Shown: in pieces, positions 1-6,904 of the stretch
How the letters are laid out: each line of letters begins with the position of its first letter
Position numbering within the stretch: position 1 is the first letter of the stretch
Source: a virus
Taxonomy: Duplodnaviria; Caudoviricetes
Direction: 5' to 3' (one strand)
Length of the DNA: 34,564 nucleotides
IMG/VR virus record: IMGVR_UViG_3300045135_000767
Coordinates: 1-34,564 of that record
The notes under the pieces: model-generated
Told to the model about the DNA's origin: nothing
What the model saw: only the letters and a program-made list of their open reading frames with translations
Databases searched by the model: none
Translations under genes and position numbers: made by a program

Positions 1-151
1 CCGCTTGAGTCTTTCGCTTCTTGGGATTGGCATCGAGCCAACTCTCCATCTTCGACAACTCCGCGAAAACGTCAACGGCTGGATAGGTCTTCTGCCATTG
101 TATAATGTCTGCTTCATCTGCTTCCCAGTCCTCTCCAGTATTTAAAATCAT
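1..151 (-). CDS. 5' part of the 117-aa replication-protein-like ORF (full copy at 31762..32115), cut by the window edge
   Basis: Identical to 31965..32115. Confidence 0.8.
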   Translation of the reverse strand, partial: MILNTGEDWEADEADIIQWQKTYPAVDVFAELSKMESWLDANPKKRKTQA

Positions 152-162
152 CTAGTCACCAC

Positions 163-441
163 TCATAAAAGCCAGTTAATTTTTAGGGTGCGATGAATTT
201 TGATTAAATCTTTAAAGTCGAAATCGCAGTAAGCGCAATCAATTAGTGAGACTGTAATCCCTTGCTCATCGAATACTTCAGAGATTGAGATTGCTGCAAA
301 CCCCTCATCTCCATCGGTATATAAACATGTGCTTTGGTCTTCGTTGAATCTAAAATCAGCAGATAGTGTTTGAGTCCATAATCTGATTTCATCGTGATCG
401 TTAAACCCAAATTCTTTTGGTGCTAAATTTTCTGCTTTCAT
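163..441 (-). CDS. Hypothetical protein (92 aa, AT-rich)
   Basis: ATG at 441 overlaps the upstream TGA (ATGA coupling). Confidence 0.7.
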   Translation of the reverse strand: MKAENLAPKEFGFNDHDEIRLWTQTLSADFRFNEDQSTCLYTDGDEGFAAISISEVFDEQGITVSLIDCAYCDFDFKDLIKIHRTLKINWLL

Positions 442-641
442 AATTTCCACTCCGCAATTTTTACTTTTTCACCGTAGCGATTAAGGATAGTTTTAAATCC
501 AGTCTGTATGTTATGGCCTTTGCTTCTGAGTTCAGATATTCGTGCTGGCGCTTCTAGGATTCCTAGATTATCCCAGGCGTTTAATCGAGTCAGAGTTTTC
601 CCTTCCTTCAAGTATTCTAGGATTCTTTCTTGTTGTGTCAT
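438..641 (-). CDS. Small winged-HTH protein (HTH_39-like)
   Basis: MTQQERILEYLKEGKTLT...ARISELRSKGHNI pattern; GGAGGGAG RBS. Confidence 0.8.
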   Translation of the reverse strand: MTQQERILEYLKEGKTLTRLNAWDNLGILEAPARISELRSKGHNIQTGFKTILNRYGEKVKIAEWKL

Positions 642-656
642 AACTCCCTCCAGAGT

Positions 657-830
657 TTAGTGCAATGTACTAACGTCTTTCTGCTGCATGATGATCTCGG
701 TTAACAGGTAACTTAAATCCTCATATTCTAAAGAAGTGAATAGATCAACACCGTCATCAGTAATTAAGATAGAGACGTAATCAGTGTCTTTGTCTTTCAT
801 ACCATTAACAATCTTTTCATAAATATCCAT
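657..830 (-). CDS. Hypothetical acidic protein, 57 aa (not in ORF track)
   Basis: MDIYEKIVNGMKDKDTDYVSILITDDGVDLFTSLEYEDLSYLLTEIIMQQKDVSTLH*; AAGGGT upstream. Confidence 0.7.
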   Translation of the reverse strand: MDIYEKIVNGMKDKDTDYVSILITDDGVDLFTSLEYEDLSYLLTEIIMQQKDVSTLH

Positions 831-842
831 CCACACTTACCC

Positions 843-1075
843 TTTTGATGTCCTATCGGACAACAATAAGTTAATTAGTAATGACGAGCAATGATTACCG
901 TATCGAATCTTGACATCTATTCCCGTTACCTGCTCTCGGCACTGGGAGGCGCATCATGGAGAGGGTCAACTCCGCTCCGAGGTTCTAGTTCCTCGGCCTA
1001 ACGCCCGATAATCTCTGCGATTCAATGTTGTAGATAGGTAGGGTCTTACTTACACTTACTACATCATTGGTCGCA
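843..1075 (-). ncRNA. Candidate structured leader or ncRNA
   Basis: No ORF. Hairpins CCGAGG/CCUCGG (977-996), GGAG/CUCC, UCCC/GGGA and UGUCC-GAUA-GGACA (849-862); GCGUUA/UGAUGC pairs via G-U only on the minus strand. Confidence 0.45.
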
Positions 1076-1080
1076 ACCTA

Positions 1081-1110
1081 ATGATACTCCCCCGCACCCC
1101 TCCAGTGCAA
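1081..1110 (-). promoter_or_regulatory. Putative sigma70 promoter TTGCAC-N18-TATCAT
   Basis: Partial consensus match just upstream of the structured leader. Confidence 0.4.
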
Positions 1111-1111
1111 T

Positions 1112-1142
1112 AGACACCCCCCTTAATTGGGGGGTTTCTTTT
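1112..1142. terminator. GC hairpin CCCCCC-TTAATT-GGGGGG; U-tract only on the plus strand
   Basis: agacaccccccttaattggggggtttctttt, right after the XRE gene stop. Confidence 0.6.
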
Positions 1143-1362
1143 AGTTAATAGTGATTTTTAATTCCAATCCTAGTGCTTCGCAGATCTCAGCAAGCCTTGC
1201 CAGTTTAATATCGTCGATATTCTTAGCCTTCCGATAGTTGCTGACTGATTGCTGTGTTACACCTAAACGCTTGGCTAATTCCTTGTTGGTAATCTCTTGC
1301 TCAAGCTGTGCAAATCTTATCATCTTGCCAACATCTACATCAGAAAGGGATATCATCTTCAA
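1141..1362 (-). CDS. XRE/Cro-like HTH regulator without a peptidase domain
   Basis: [20 protein letters not shown]...LAEICEALG. Confidence 0.85.
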   Translation of the reverse strand: MKMISLSDVDVGKMIRFAQLEQEITNKELAKRLGVTQQSVSNYRKAKNIDDIKLARLAEICEALGLELKITIN

Positions 1363-1594
1363 AATCCTCTTGTACCACTTGTTTGGCCTGCTGGATAGCT
1401 GGCTGCGCTACTGCGTCTTTAGCCTTGACCGATAGAGAGAAAAACTTCTTACCCTGTTTACTCTCTTTAACCCAGGCGGATAGGTAGTGGTCAACGCCGT
1501 TAACATCTATCGACCCTGTAAAGTCTGGGTGTGTCTCTTTCTCTTTCTTGTCATTGCGGAATAGTACTCCGCGATTCGTGTTATCGTATTCCAT
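1340..1594 (-). CDS. Phage single-stranded DNA-binding-like protein
   Basis: [17 protein letters not shown] core, acidic C-terminal tail FEDDIPF, adjacent to ERF. Confidence 0.75.
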   Translation of the reverse strand: MEYDNTNRGVLFRNDKKEKETHPDFTGSIDVNGVDHYLSAWVKESKQGKKFFSLSVKAKDAVAQPAIQQAKQVVQEDFEDDIPF

Positions 1595-1597
1595 GAT

Positions 1598-2233
1598 TTA
1601 CGCTCCTGTTGCTGTACGGAATTCGGTTGATTTCATGGTTGCGCGTTCTTCCGTAGTAAACACACCGCCTTTGCTTGGGGCTTTCCATAACCCAACTTTT
1701 TCTTCTTCCGTGAGTTCGTCCCAGGCTTCTTTGGCCATCACTAGATCGCCAATCTCAATACCTGTTTTAATTGCCTCGATGCTATCCGCTAACTGATCGA
1801 CCAGCTCGGCGTATTCATCTTTGACTGTTGGCTGCTCGCCGTTACGTAGCATTGCAGACTCACTATCGTCATCCACGCTCGGGATCGAAAATAGGCTTTG
1901 CAAGGCATAGCGACGCGCATAACTAATCGCGCTACCCGCTGCTTGTGGATCTCCCTTGACCATCGGCAAAGTAAACTCATGCTCTAGCCACTGGCCTGAC
2001 GTGTGCATCAGCCTAGTAACAACGCCGATTGAGTTACCATCGCGATGCGGTAGCTGTACGTAACTTAAACCATTGTCAAAGCATGGTTGCTTGATCGCCT
2101 TGATCACGCTTGTAAGGTCTGCGTAAGACGATTTGAAGAAAGGGTTGGCGCTACCCTTAACAGCGCCCCCCATTGCTCCCTGTGCTGCGCATAGCGCCAG
2201 CGATAACTTCTCTAACTGATCACTTGATTTCAT
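1598..2233 (-). CDS. erf: ERF-family single-strand annealing recombinase (allele A)
   Basis: NPFFKSSYADL and PQAAGSAISYARRYAL ERF motifs. Confidence 0.92.
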   Translation of the reverse strand: MKSSDQLEKLSLALCAAQGAMGGAVKGSANPFFKSSYADLTSVIKAIKQPCFDNGLSYVQLPHRDGNSIGVVTRLMHTSGQWLEHEFTLPMVKGDPQAAGSAISYARRYALQSLFSIPSVDDDSESAMLRNGEQPTVKDEYAELVDQLADSIEAIKTGIEIGDLVMAKEAWDELTEEEKVGLWKAPSKGGVFTTEERATMKSTEFRTATGA

Positions 2234-2502
2234 AACTTACCCTCCATTGCTTTTAATACTGCGCCACTGAACGCATCCAGTATCGCATCGAACGCCTTAT
2301 CTGAATCGTTAGACTCCCAGGCATATAAAATTTTATCCAAATAGTCATCCATGTTAGCCACATACTCACCGACCACAATCTCGGCTAATAGCGTTTTGTT
2401 CTCGCGTGCCATGTCCAAGATGCGCATTTCTGCACACTCTGGGCATGACATGTGGTTAGTGATTAAAAGTTCTTTACCGCAGTAATGACAGTCTTCATGC
2501 AT
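2230..2502 (-). CDS. Hypothetical protein with N-terminal Zn ribbon (90 aa)
   Basis: MHEDCHYCG...CPEC; GAGGG RBS; changes between repeat copies are mostly synonymous in this frame. Confidence 0.8.
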   Translation of the reverse strand: MHEDCHYCGKELLITNHMSCPECAEMRILDMARENKTLLAEIVVGEYVANMDDYLDKILYAWESNDSDKAFDAILDAFSGAVLKAMEGKL

Positions 2503-2656
2503 TTTTGTGTCCCTCGCATTCCAGTTCTGAATATCGCTCTGCAAAGCCAGCCAAATAGTCTGGGTCATTGTCGAGCGGGTTGGTGTAAAGTTCAGCATCA
2601 ACGTAGCCACACCAGCGCAGCCACTCTGCATATTCAACTTGGGTTAGTTCATCCAT
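2495..2656 (-). CDS. Hypothetical protein (53 aa)
   Basis: MDELTQVEYAEW... with RBS CTGGAGGGACACACT. Confidence 0.7.
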   Translation of the reverse strand: MDELTQVEYAEWLRWCGYVDAELYTNPLDNDPDYLAGFAERYSELECEGHKNA

Positions 2657-2682
2657 AGTGTGTCCCTCCAGATCACAACTCA

Positions 2683-2711
2683 AGATTAATGGTTTACTTA
2701 TACAGTGTCAA
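2683..2711 (-). promoter_or_regulatory. Putative sigma70 promoter TTGACA-N17-TAATCT with A-tract
   Basis: Perfect -35; upstream sequence shared with the promoter at 4890-4917. Confidence 0.6.
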
Positions 2712-2872
2712 ATGTTTTTTTTATGTTTATTAGATTTTCTTTCGCAATCATTACAGTAGTGCTCTACGTCTTTGTGTCGAAATCCGTAAGCCAGGATGAT
2801 TCTGCACCCGTTACAGAGTAGTGCACCAGTACCGCCGTTAAACTTTATCTGTGCGTGCTTGTACTCTTTCAT
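2708..2872 (-). CDS. Small Zn-ribbon protein, 54 aa (not in ORF track)
   Basis: MKEYKHAQIKFNGGTGALLCNGC...YCNDCERK; TGATG coupling with the upstream gene. Confidence 0.75.
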   Translation of the reverse strand: MKEYKHAQIKFNGGTGALLCNGCRIILAYGFRHKDVEHYCNDCERKSNKHKKNI

Positions 2873-3126
2873 CACTCAACCTCTAAATGGAAATCAACAA
2901 ACACTTTCAGTGTTCGCCCATCGTCCTGATACGATAGCCAAACAAACTCGTCTTCTTTGAGATGATTTACATAACTGCGGCCGTGACCATCGATCACTTC
3001 AACACGATTGACCAACTTGCAGTTTGCTTTCCGCTCCATATCACACAATTCTTTGTACCAACCCCAAGCAAGTTTCTCAAGGGTGTCACGGTCACAGTTC
3101 TTGATACTGTTTGGAATGTTCATCAC
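2872..3126 (-). CDS. Hypothetical protein
   Basis: ORF track; VNRVEVIDGHGRSYV...QDDGRTLKVF resembles a recurrent small phage protein. Confidence 0.75.
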   Translation of the reverse strand: MMNIPNSIKNCDRDTLEKLAWGWYKELCDMERKANCKLVNRVEVIDGHGRSYVNHLKEDEFVWLSYQDDGRTLKVFVDFHLEVE

Positions 3127-3130
3127 TCAC

Positions 3131-3511
3131 TCGCTTATTGTGTTGTGCTGTTGTTCGCTTATTGTGTGCAGGCACTCGCTTTCGCTTTATCCTGCGTTAT
3201 CTGCCCTCCTCGAGGTTGGGTAGCTTATGGAACTAACCGTGGGGCTTACAGAGTGGTTCTTCTCGGGCTAGGCGTGCGGGGTGTTGTTTGTAGTAACCCC
3301 GCTTGATGCGCATCACCGTGAATTCTTTAGAATAGACACTCGTCTTTATCGCCGTTATCCATGGTTTGGCAGGGCCTGTCGAGTTCGTCTACGGGATAGC
3401 TACTTCCCTGCGACTGGCTAGGACAATTACCGTTCACGCTTGGGCGAACCACACTGAACGCAACCCTGAGTGCCTATTCTAAAAAATTGGGACTGTCTTT
3501 ACGGCGCAGTC
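3131..3511 (-). ncRNA. Candidate multi-domain structured RNA
   Basis: 21-bp stem 3321-3341/3468-3488 closing a branched domain, at least three more hairpins, and a 13-bp direct repeat; no credible ORF. Confidence 0.55.
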
Positions 3512-3645
3512 ATTCCGTTTAAGTATACTCCAATGTCCAATTTTGGCGATTTTGTGTACACATAGACACCCTCATGTCTAAAAACTGGGACTTTATAAAC
3601 ACTTTAATGCGCCACATAAAGTGTCGCGATTACACTTATCTGCGC

Positions 3646-3867
3646 TTAGTCTTCGATGTAATCCTCAAACATATCTTGCTTCACTGGGTCTATGTAGTCG
3701 GCCTCGAAGTAGCTAACCCGAGGCACCAGGCTAACAGGCGCGACTGCTTCTTCAACCCAACTCGCATAACTAGCGTGCTCGTTATCGGTATATACACCGA
3801 GTATATACTCACTCTGTCCTGTGCTCTTCTGTACCATCTCTACCACGTACATAATGACCTCCGTCAC
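3646..3867 (-). CDS. Hypothetical protein
   Basis: ORF track; overlaps the upstream gene end. Confidence 0.7.
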   Translation of the reverse strand: MTEVIMYVVEMVQKSTGQSEYILGVYTDNEHASYASWVEEAVAPVSLVPRVSYFEADYIDPVKQDMFEDYIED

Positions 3868-4064
3868 TTGTCGTTAGCAAAAACCTCTATGCCAAATTTT
3901 TCATAAACTCTATCAAAGCGTGACACTCTGCCAACGCTCATTGATAGTTTATAACCAATCGTTTTATATGGATACCCCTGATCCCTTAAATTGCGAATCT
4001 GCTTGGCTTGGCTTTTGGTGCAGGTGTGAATCAACACACCCACTTCTGACTCGTCCAGGTTCAT
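3864..4064 (-). CDS. Small HTH-like protein
   Basis: QIRNLRDQGYPYKTIGYKLSMSVGRVSR. Confidence 0.7.
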   Translation of the reverse strand: MNLDESEVGVLIHTCTKSQAKQIRNLRDQGYPYKTIGYKLSMSVGRVSRFDRVYEKFGIEVFANDK

Positions 4065-4219
4065 CAGAATATGCTCCGATAGATCATGCCGTGACGGGCG
4101 CGGTAGATTGTATTCTTATGCACGCCATACTCTTTGGCCTGCTGCTTATCGGTCTTGCCGTAGCGGTTGATGCGAATTGCACGAACCTGGTCGGGCGTTA
4201 GCTTGTAATTTCTCGCCAT
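4064..4219 (-). CDS. Small HTH protein, 51 aa (not in ORF track)
   Basis: MARNYKLTPDQVRAIR...QAKEYGVHKNTIYRARHG; GAGGA RBS; TGATG coupling. Confidence 0.8.
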   Translation of the reverse strand: MARNYKLTPDQVRAIRINRYGKTDKQQAKEYGVHKNTIYRARHGMIYRSIF

Positions 4220-4221
4220 GG

Positions 4222-4443
4222 TTATTCCTCGTGTTCTGAAATAATTTGATTTCGGTAATCTAAAAGCGCCTTTCCCCTTAACATCGAGCTTTGCTTTTTA
4301 TCCTTCTTGCGCTTGGCCCAAATACTTGCGTCCTTCTTTTTGGTGCTGGGCGCTAATGCGTCAAAGCCAAACAGGTCTTTACCAATTAGCTTGTGCCAAA
4401 CATTGATATCCCTCATACGCCTAATTGACCGCATACCTAACAT
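4222..4443 (-). CDS. Hypothetical basic protein
   Basis: ORF track; fills the gap in the early operon; start uncertain. Confidence 0.55.
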   Translation of the reverse strand: MLGMRSIRRMRDINVWHKLIGKDLFGFDALAPSTKKKDASIWAKRKKDKKQSSMLRGKALLDYRNQIISEHEE

Positions 4444-4455
4444 CTAATTGCATGG

Positions 4456-4605
4456 CTACAACCCCAGCCAAGCGCCAGCCAGCCCGATGCCGCCAACAAC
4501 CATAAAGAACACTGCGCCGATTGACCAAAGCGCGTTCTCGATAAACTCGCGGCGTTTGCGGATTCTGATTTGCTCGTATGTTTCTGCCATAGGTTTCTTT
4601 TTCAT
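4456..4605 (-). CDS. Small membrane protein, 49 aa (not in ORF track)
   Basis: MKKKPMAETYEQIRIRKRREFIENALWSIGAVFFMVVGGIGLAGAWLGL*; CTGGAGGGT RBS; C-terminal TM helix. Confidence 0.75.
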   Translation of the reverse strand: MKKKPMAETYEQIRIRKRREFIENALWSIGAVFFMVVGGIGLAGAWLGL

Positions 4606-4630
4606 TGTCGTACCCTCCAGTAAGAGCCGC

Positions 4631-4843
4631 TTACGCGGCCAATTTGTTTTTCATAATTTGTGACATAACCCACTTAGCTTTGTTAATAAACTGGCGGGCT
4701 GTCTCGGTATCTCCGTAAGCCATGACGTGTTGTGCGTCTGACATGATGCCCATTGCAAGCATTTCATAGCTACCAATTGAATCTTCGAGCATCTCGATTA
4801 AGTCAGCCTTGGTGCATCCGTACATTTCGATTTCTTTTTCCAT
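4631..4843 (-). CDS. Hypothetical protein, first gene of the early arm
   Basis: GAGAGGG RBS; ends in hairpin GCCGC-GTAA-GCGGC. Confidence 0.8.
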   Translation of the reverse strand: MEKEIEMYGCTKADLIEMLEDSIGSYEMLAMGIMSDAQHVMAYGDTETARQFINKAKWVMSQIMKNKLAA

Positions 4844-4889
4844 TGTGCTTCCCTCTCAGTTAGTGGCGCTCCCTGCGCCGATGAGTCCA

Positions 4890-4917
4890 ATTATAAGAAT
4901 ACTTTTTAATGTGTCAA
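4890..4917 (-). promoter_or_regulatory. Consensus sigma70 promoter TTGACA-N16-TATAAT (early arm)
   Basis: Perfect hexamers, upstream A-tract, GGCGC/GCGCC hairpin at 4865-4879 in the leader. Confidence 0.8.
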
Positions 4918-4956
4918 ATGTTTTTTATATCTCAATAGATCAATTTGTCATAAGGT

Positions 4957-4985
4957 TTGTGGTTTATATAACTAAGATATAGAAT
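4957..4985 (+). promoter_or_regulatory. Putative late-arm promoter TTGTGG-N17-TAGAAT
   Basis: AT-rich divergence region; partial consensus. Confidence 0.4.
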
Positions 4986-5011
4986 TGGTAGACACAAAGG
5001 AGGGCCATACC

Positions 5012-5167
5012 ATGTCTGACATGCGGCACAAACTCGACAAAGATACACGACAAAGACACTTCCCTGAATACGATGGCGGCAAAGGCTCTAAACCAAGAAA
5101 GAGCACAGTCGAGTCACGCGATAAGTTTAAAGCTAACTACGACCGCATTAATTGGGGTAATAAGTAA
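5012..5167 (+). CDS. Small basic phage protein (51 aa)
   Basis: AGGAGGG RBS before ATG 5012; GGKGSKPR...FKANYDRI. Confidence 0.75.
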   Translation: MSDMRHKLDKDTRQRHFPEYDGGKGSKPRKSTVESRDKFKANYDRINWGNK

Positions 5168-5457
5168 TGGCTGCCAACAATCCAGCCAAGCAAAGGGCAA
5201 TGCGCCAAGAGCAACTCCGAACCTACTTATCAGAGAAATGCCGACTTGAGCATGTCATTGATAACATTATTAAAATGGAAAAGGAGGGGGCATCAATGGA
5301 AAGCAATGAGCTAAATGCTATTAAGTATGCCACTGATGCTAGGCTAAGGCTGATTAACAAGTACCTACCTGAGCTTAAAGCAACCGAGATGACAGGTGAA
5401 GGCGGTGCTGATCTGATCGTATCGGTAATCAAGAAGCGATTCGATGGCAACGATTGA
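5167..5457 (+). CDS. Putative terminase small subunit
   Basis: Immediately upstream of and overlapping TerL; C-terminal KYLPELKATEMTGEGG. Confidence 0.55.
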   Translation: MAANNPAKQRAMRQEQLRTYLSEKCRLEHVIDNIIKMEKEGASMESNELNAIKYATDARLRLINKYLPELKATEMTGEGGADLIVSVIKKRFDGND

Positions 5458-6904
5458 GTACCACTTAAAACCCCAGGGGCAAGTGCTGCAAGAGTTTGCA
5501 GACTGCCGAGAGCGTAACAGCTTTATCATGGGGCCGCTGGGTAGTGGTAAGACAGTCCAGACTATCCTCAAACTTTTTGACCTAATGTGTGAGCAGGCTC
5601 CAGTAAAGAGTGAGCAACATCCTAATCATGGCGTGCGACTCTCTCGAATCATCGCTGCACGTAATACGTATTCAGAGCTATTCAGCACAACCATTAAAGA
5701 CTGGATCGAGATACTTGGCGACCTAGGTGAGTTTAAACAGGGCAACAAGGAACCGCCTACACATCGCCTATCGTTCGGGCTGGACGATGGCACGAGCGTA
5801 AGGTGTGAAGTGATCTTTATTGCGTTCGATAGGCCCGATCACGTCAAGAAAGCACGAGGCATACAGACAACATGGGTATGGCTGAACGAGGCTAAGGAAC
5901 ACTCTAAGGCCGTAGTTGATATGCTTGACCTACGGGCAGGACGATACCCCAGTCCTAAGGAAGGCGCCAGACCTACTCACTATGGCATAGTAGGTGATAG
6001 TAACGCACCCGATGAAGACCATTGGTATTACAAGCTAGCCGAGGAAGAACGGCCTGAAGGCTGGGCTTTTCACAGACAGCCAGGTGGCGTTTTTAAGGAT
6101 GGTGAGACATGGCGTGTTAACCCTGACGCTGAAAATCTGGATAACCTGCCCACTGCTTATTACCACCGAGGTTTGCAGGGTAAGACTGACGACTGGATCA
6201 AGGTTAACCTAGCGAACGAGTATGGCTTTGTATCTAGCGGCAAGCCAGTGCATCCCATGTATGTGGACTCGGTACACTGCCAGCCTATCGACTTCACGCC
6301 TTCACTTGATATCCCGATAATCCTCGGGTTTGACTTCGGGCGTACGCCTGCATGTGCATTCCTACAGCGTACAAGCATGGGTAGGTGGGTTTGCTTCGAT
6401 GAGTTCTGTTTGACGGATAGCGGTGCGGTAGACTTTGCACCACAGCTTAAACGCTATATAGATGCTAACTACCCGAACCATAAGTTCAAGGGCTGGGGCG
6501 ATCCATCGGGCGACAACAAGAACCAGGCTAACGCTGATACGCCTTTTAAGATCATACGTGCCGCTGGTATCCCATGCTCACCGACTAGTACGAACGACCC
6601 TGCGATGCGAAGGGCTGCACTTGAAATACCCATGAAAGAAAACTGCATGGATGGCAAGCCGAGATTCCATGTACTGCCCAAGGCTAGGATGATCCGCAAA
6701 GGTTTACAGGGTGGCTTCTGCTATCGGCGTATACAGGTATCGGGTGACCGCTACACCGATGAGCCAGACAAGAACGAATACTCACACCCCGTAGAAGCTC
6801 TTGAGTACGCGTTACAGGGCGAAGGTGAAGGTAGACAGGCGCTGACTAGGGCGCAGGGCTTTGATCGCCCTACGACTGCGAGGGTGGCGTTCAGTGTCTT
6901 CTGA
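5444..6904 (+). CDS. terL: Terminase large subunit
   Basis: Walker A GPLGSGKT, Walker B WVWLNE, motif III DSNAP, nuclease GFDFG and GDPSG. Confidence 0.95.
   Translation: MATIEYHLKPQGQVLQEFADCRERNSFIMGPLGSGKTVQTILKLFDLMCEQAPVKSEQHPNHGVRLSRIIAARNTYSELFSTTIKDWIEILGDLGEFKQGNKEPPTHRLSFGLDDGTSVRCEVIFIAFDRPDHVKKARGIQTTWVWLNEAKEHSKAVVDMLDLRAGRYPSPKEGARPTHYGIVGDSNAPDEDHWYYKLAEEERPEGWAFHRQPGGVFKDGETWRVNPDAENLDNLPTAYYHRGLQGKTDDWIKVNLANEYGFVSSGKPVHPMYVDSVHCQPIDFTPSLDIPIILGFDFGRTPACAFLQRTSMGRWVCFDEFCLTDSGAVDFAPQLKRYIDANYPNHKFKGWGDPSGDNKNQANADTPFKIIRAAGIPCSPTSTNDPAMRRAALEIPMKENCMDGKPRFHVLPKARMIRKGLQGGFCYRRIQVSGDRYTDEPDKNEYSHPVEALEYALQGEGEGRQALTRAQGFDRPTTARVAFSVF

Larger units (their letters stand above)
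1..2600. repeat. Terminal direct repeat, copy 1 (unit genome 31,964 bp)
   Basis: Sequence and ORFs recur at a constant offset of +31,964 with no indels. Apparently identical over 1..1738, with ~109 substitutions over 1739..2600 (manual count). Confidence 0.97.

Noticed and set aside
845-866. GUCC-GAUA-GGAC resembles hammerhead stem II
   Set aside because: The flanking CUGANGA and GAAA core is missing on both strands
977-996. GGTTCTAGTTCC resembles a tRNA T-arm
   Set aside because: 8-nt loop, and no acceptor, D or anticodon arms in register
1141-1362. Lysogeny module (repressor and integrase)
   Set aside because: Only a short XRE HTH; no integrase, ParA or CI peptidase domain recognised, so a temperate lifestyle is unsupported
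1739-2600. Diversity-generating retroelement TR/VR pair
   Set aside because: Substitutions are not adenine-specific, are mostly synonymous, and no reverse transcriptase is present
2503-2637. N-terminal extension of ORF 2230..2637
   Set aside because: A good RBS and ATG lie at 2502, and the overlapping 2495..2656 ORF has its own RBS
3131-3167. Mini CRISPR array
   Set aside because: Two 13-bp units with an 11-bp spacer are too short, and there are no cas genes
2962-3306. Plus-strand ORFs in the early arm (also 3008, 3574, 3920, 4448)
   Set aside because: Antisense to coupled minus-strand genes, no RBS, unnatural composition
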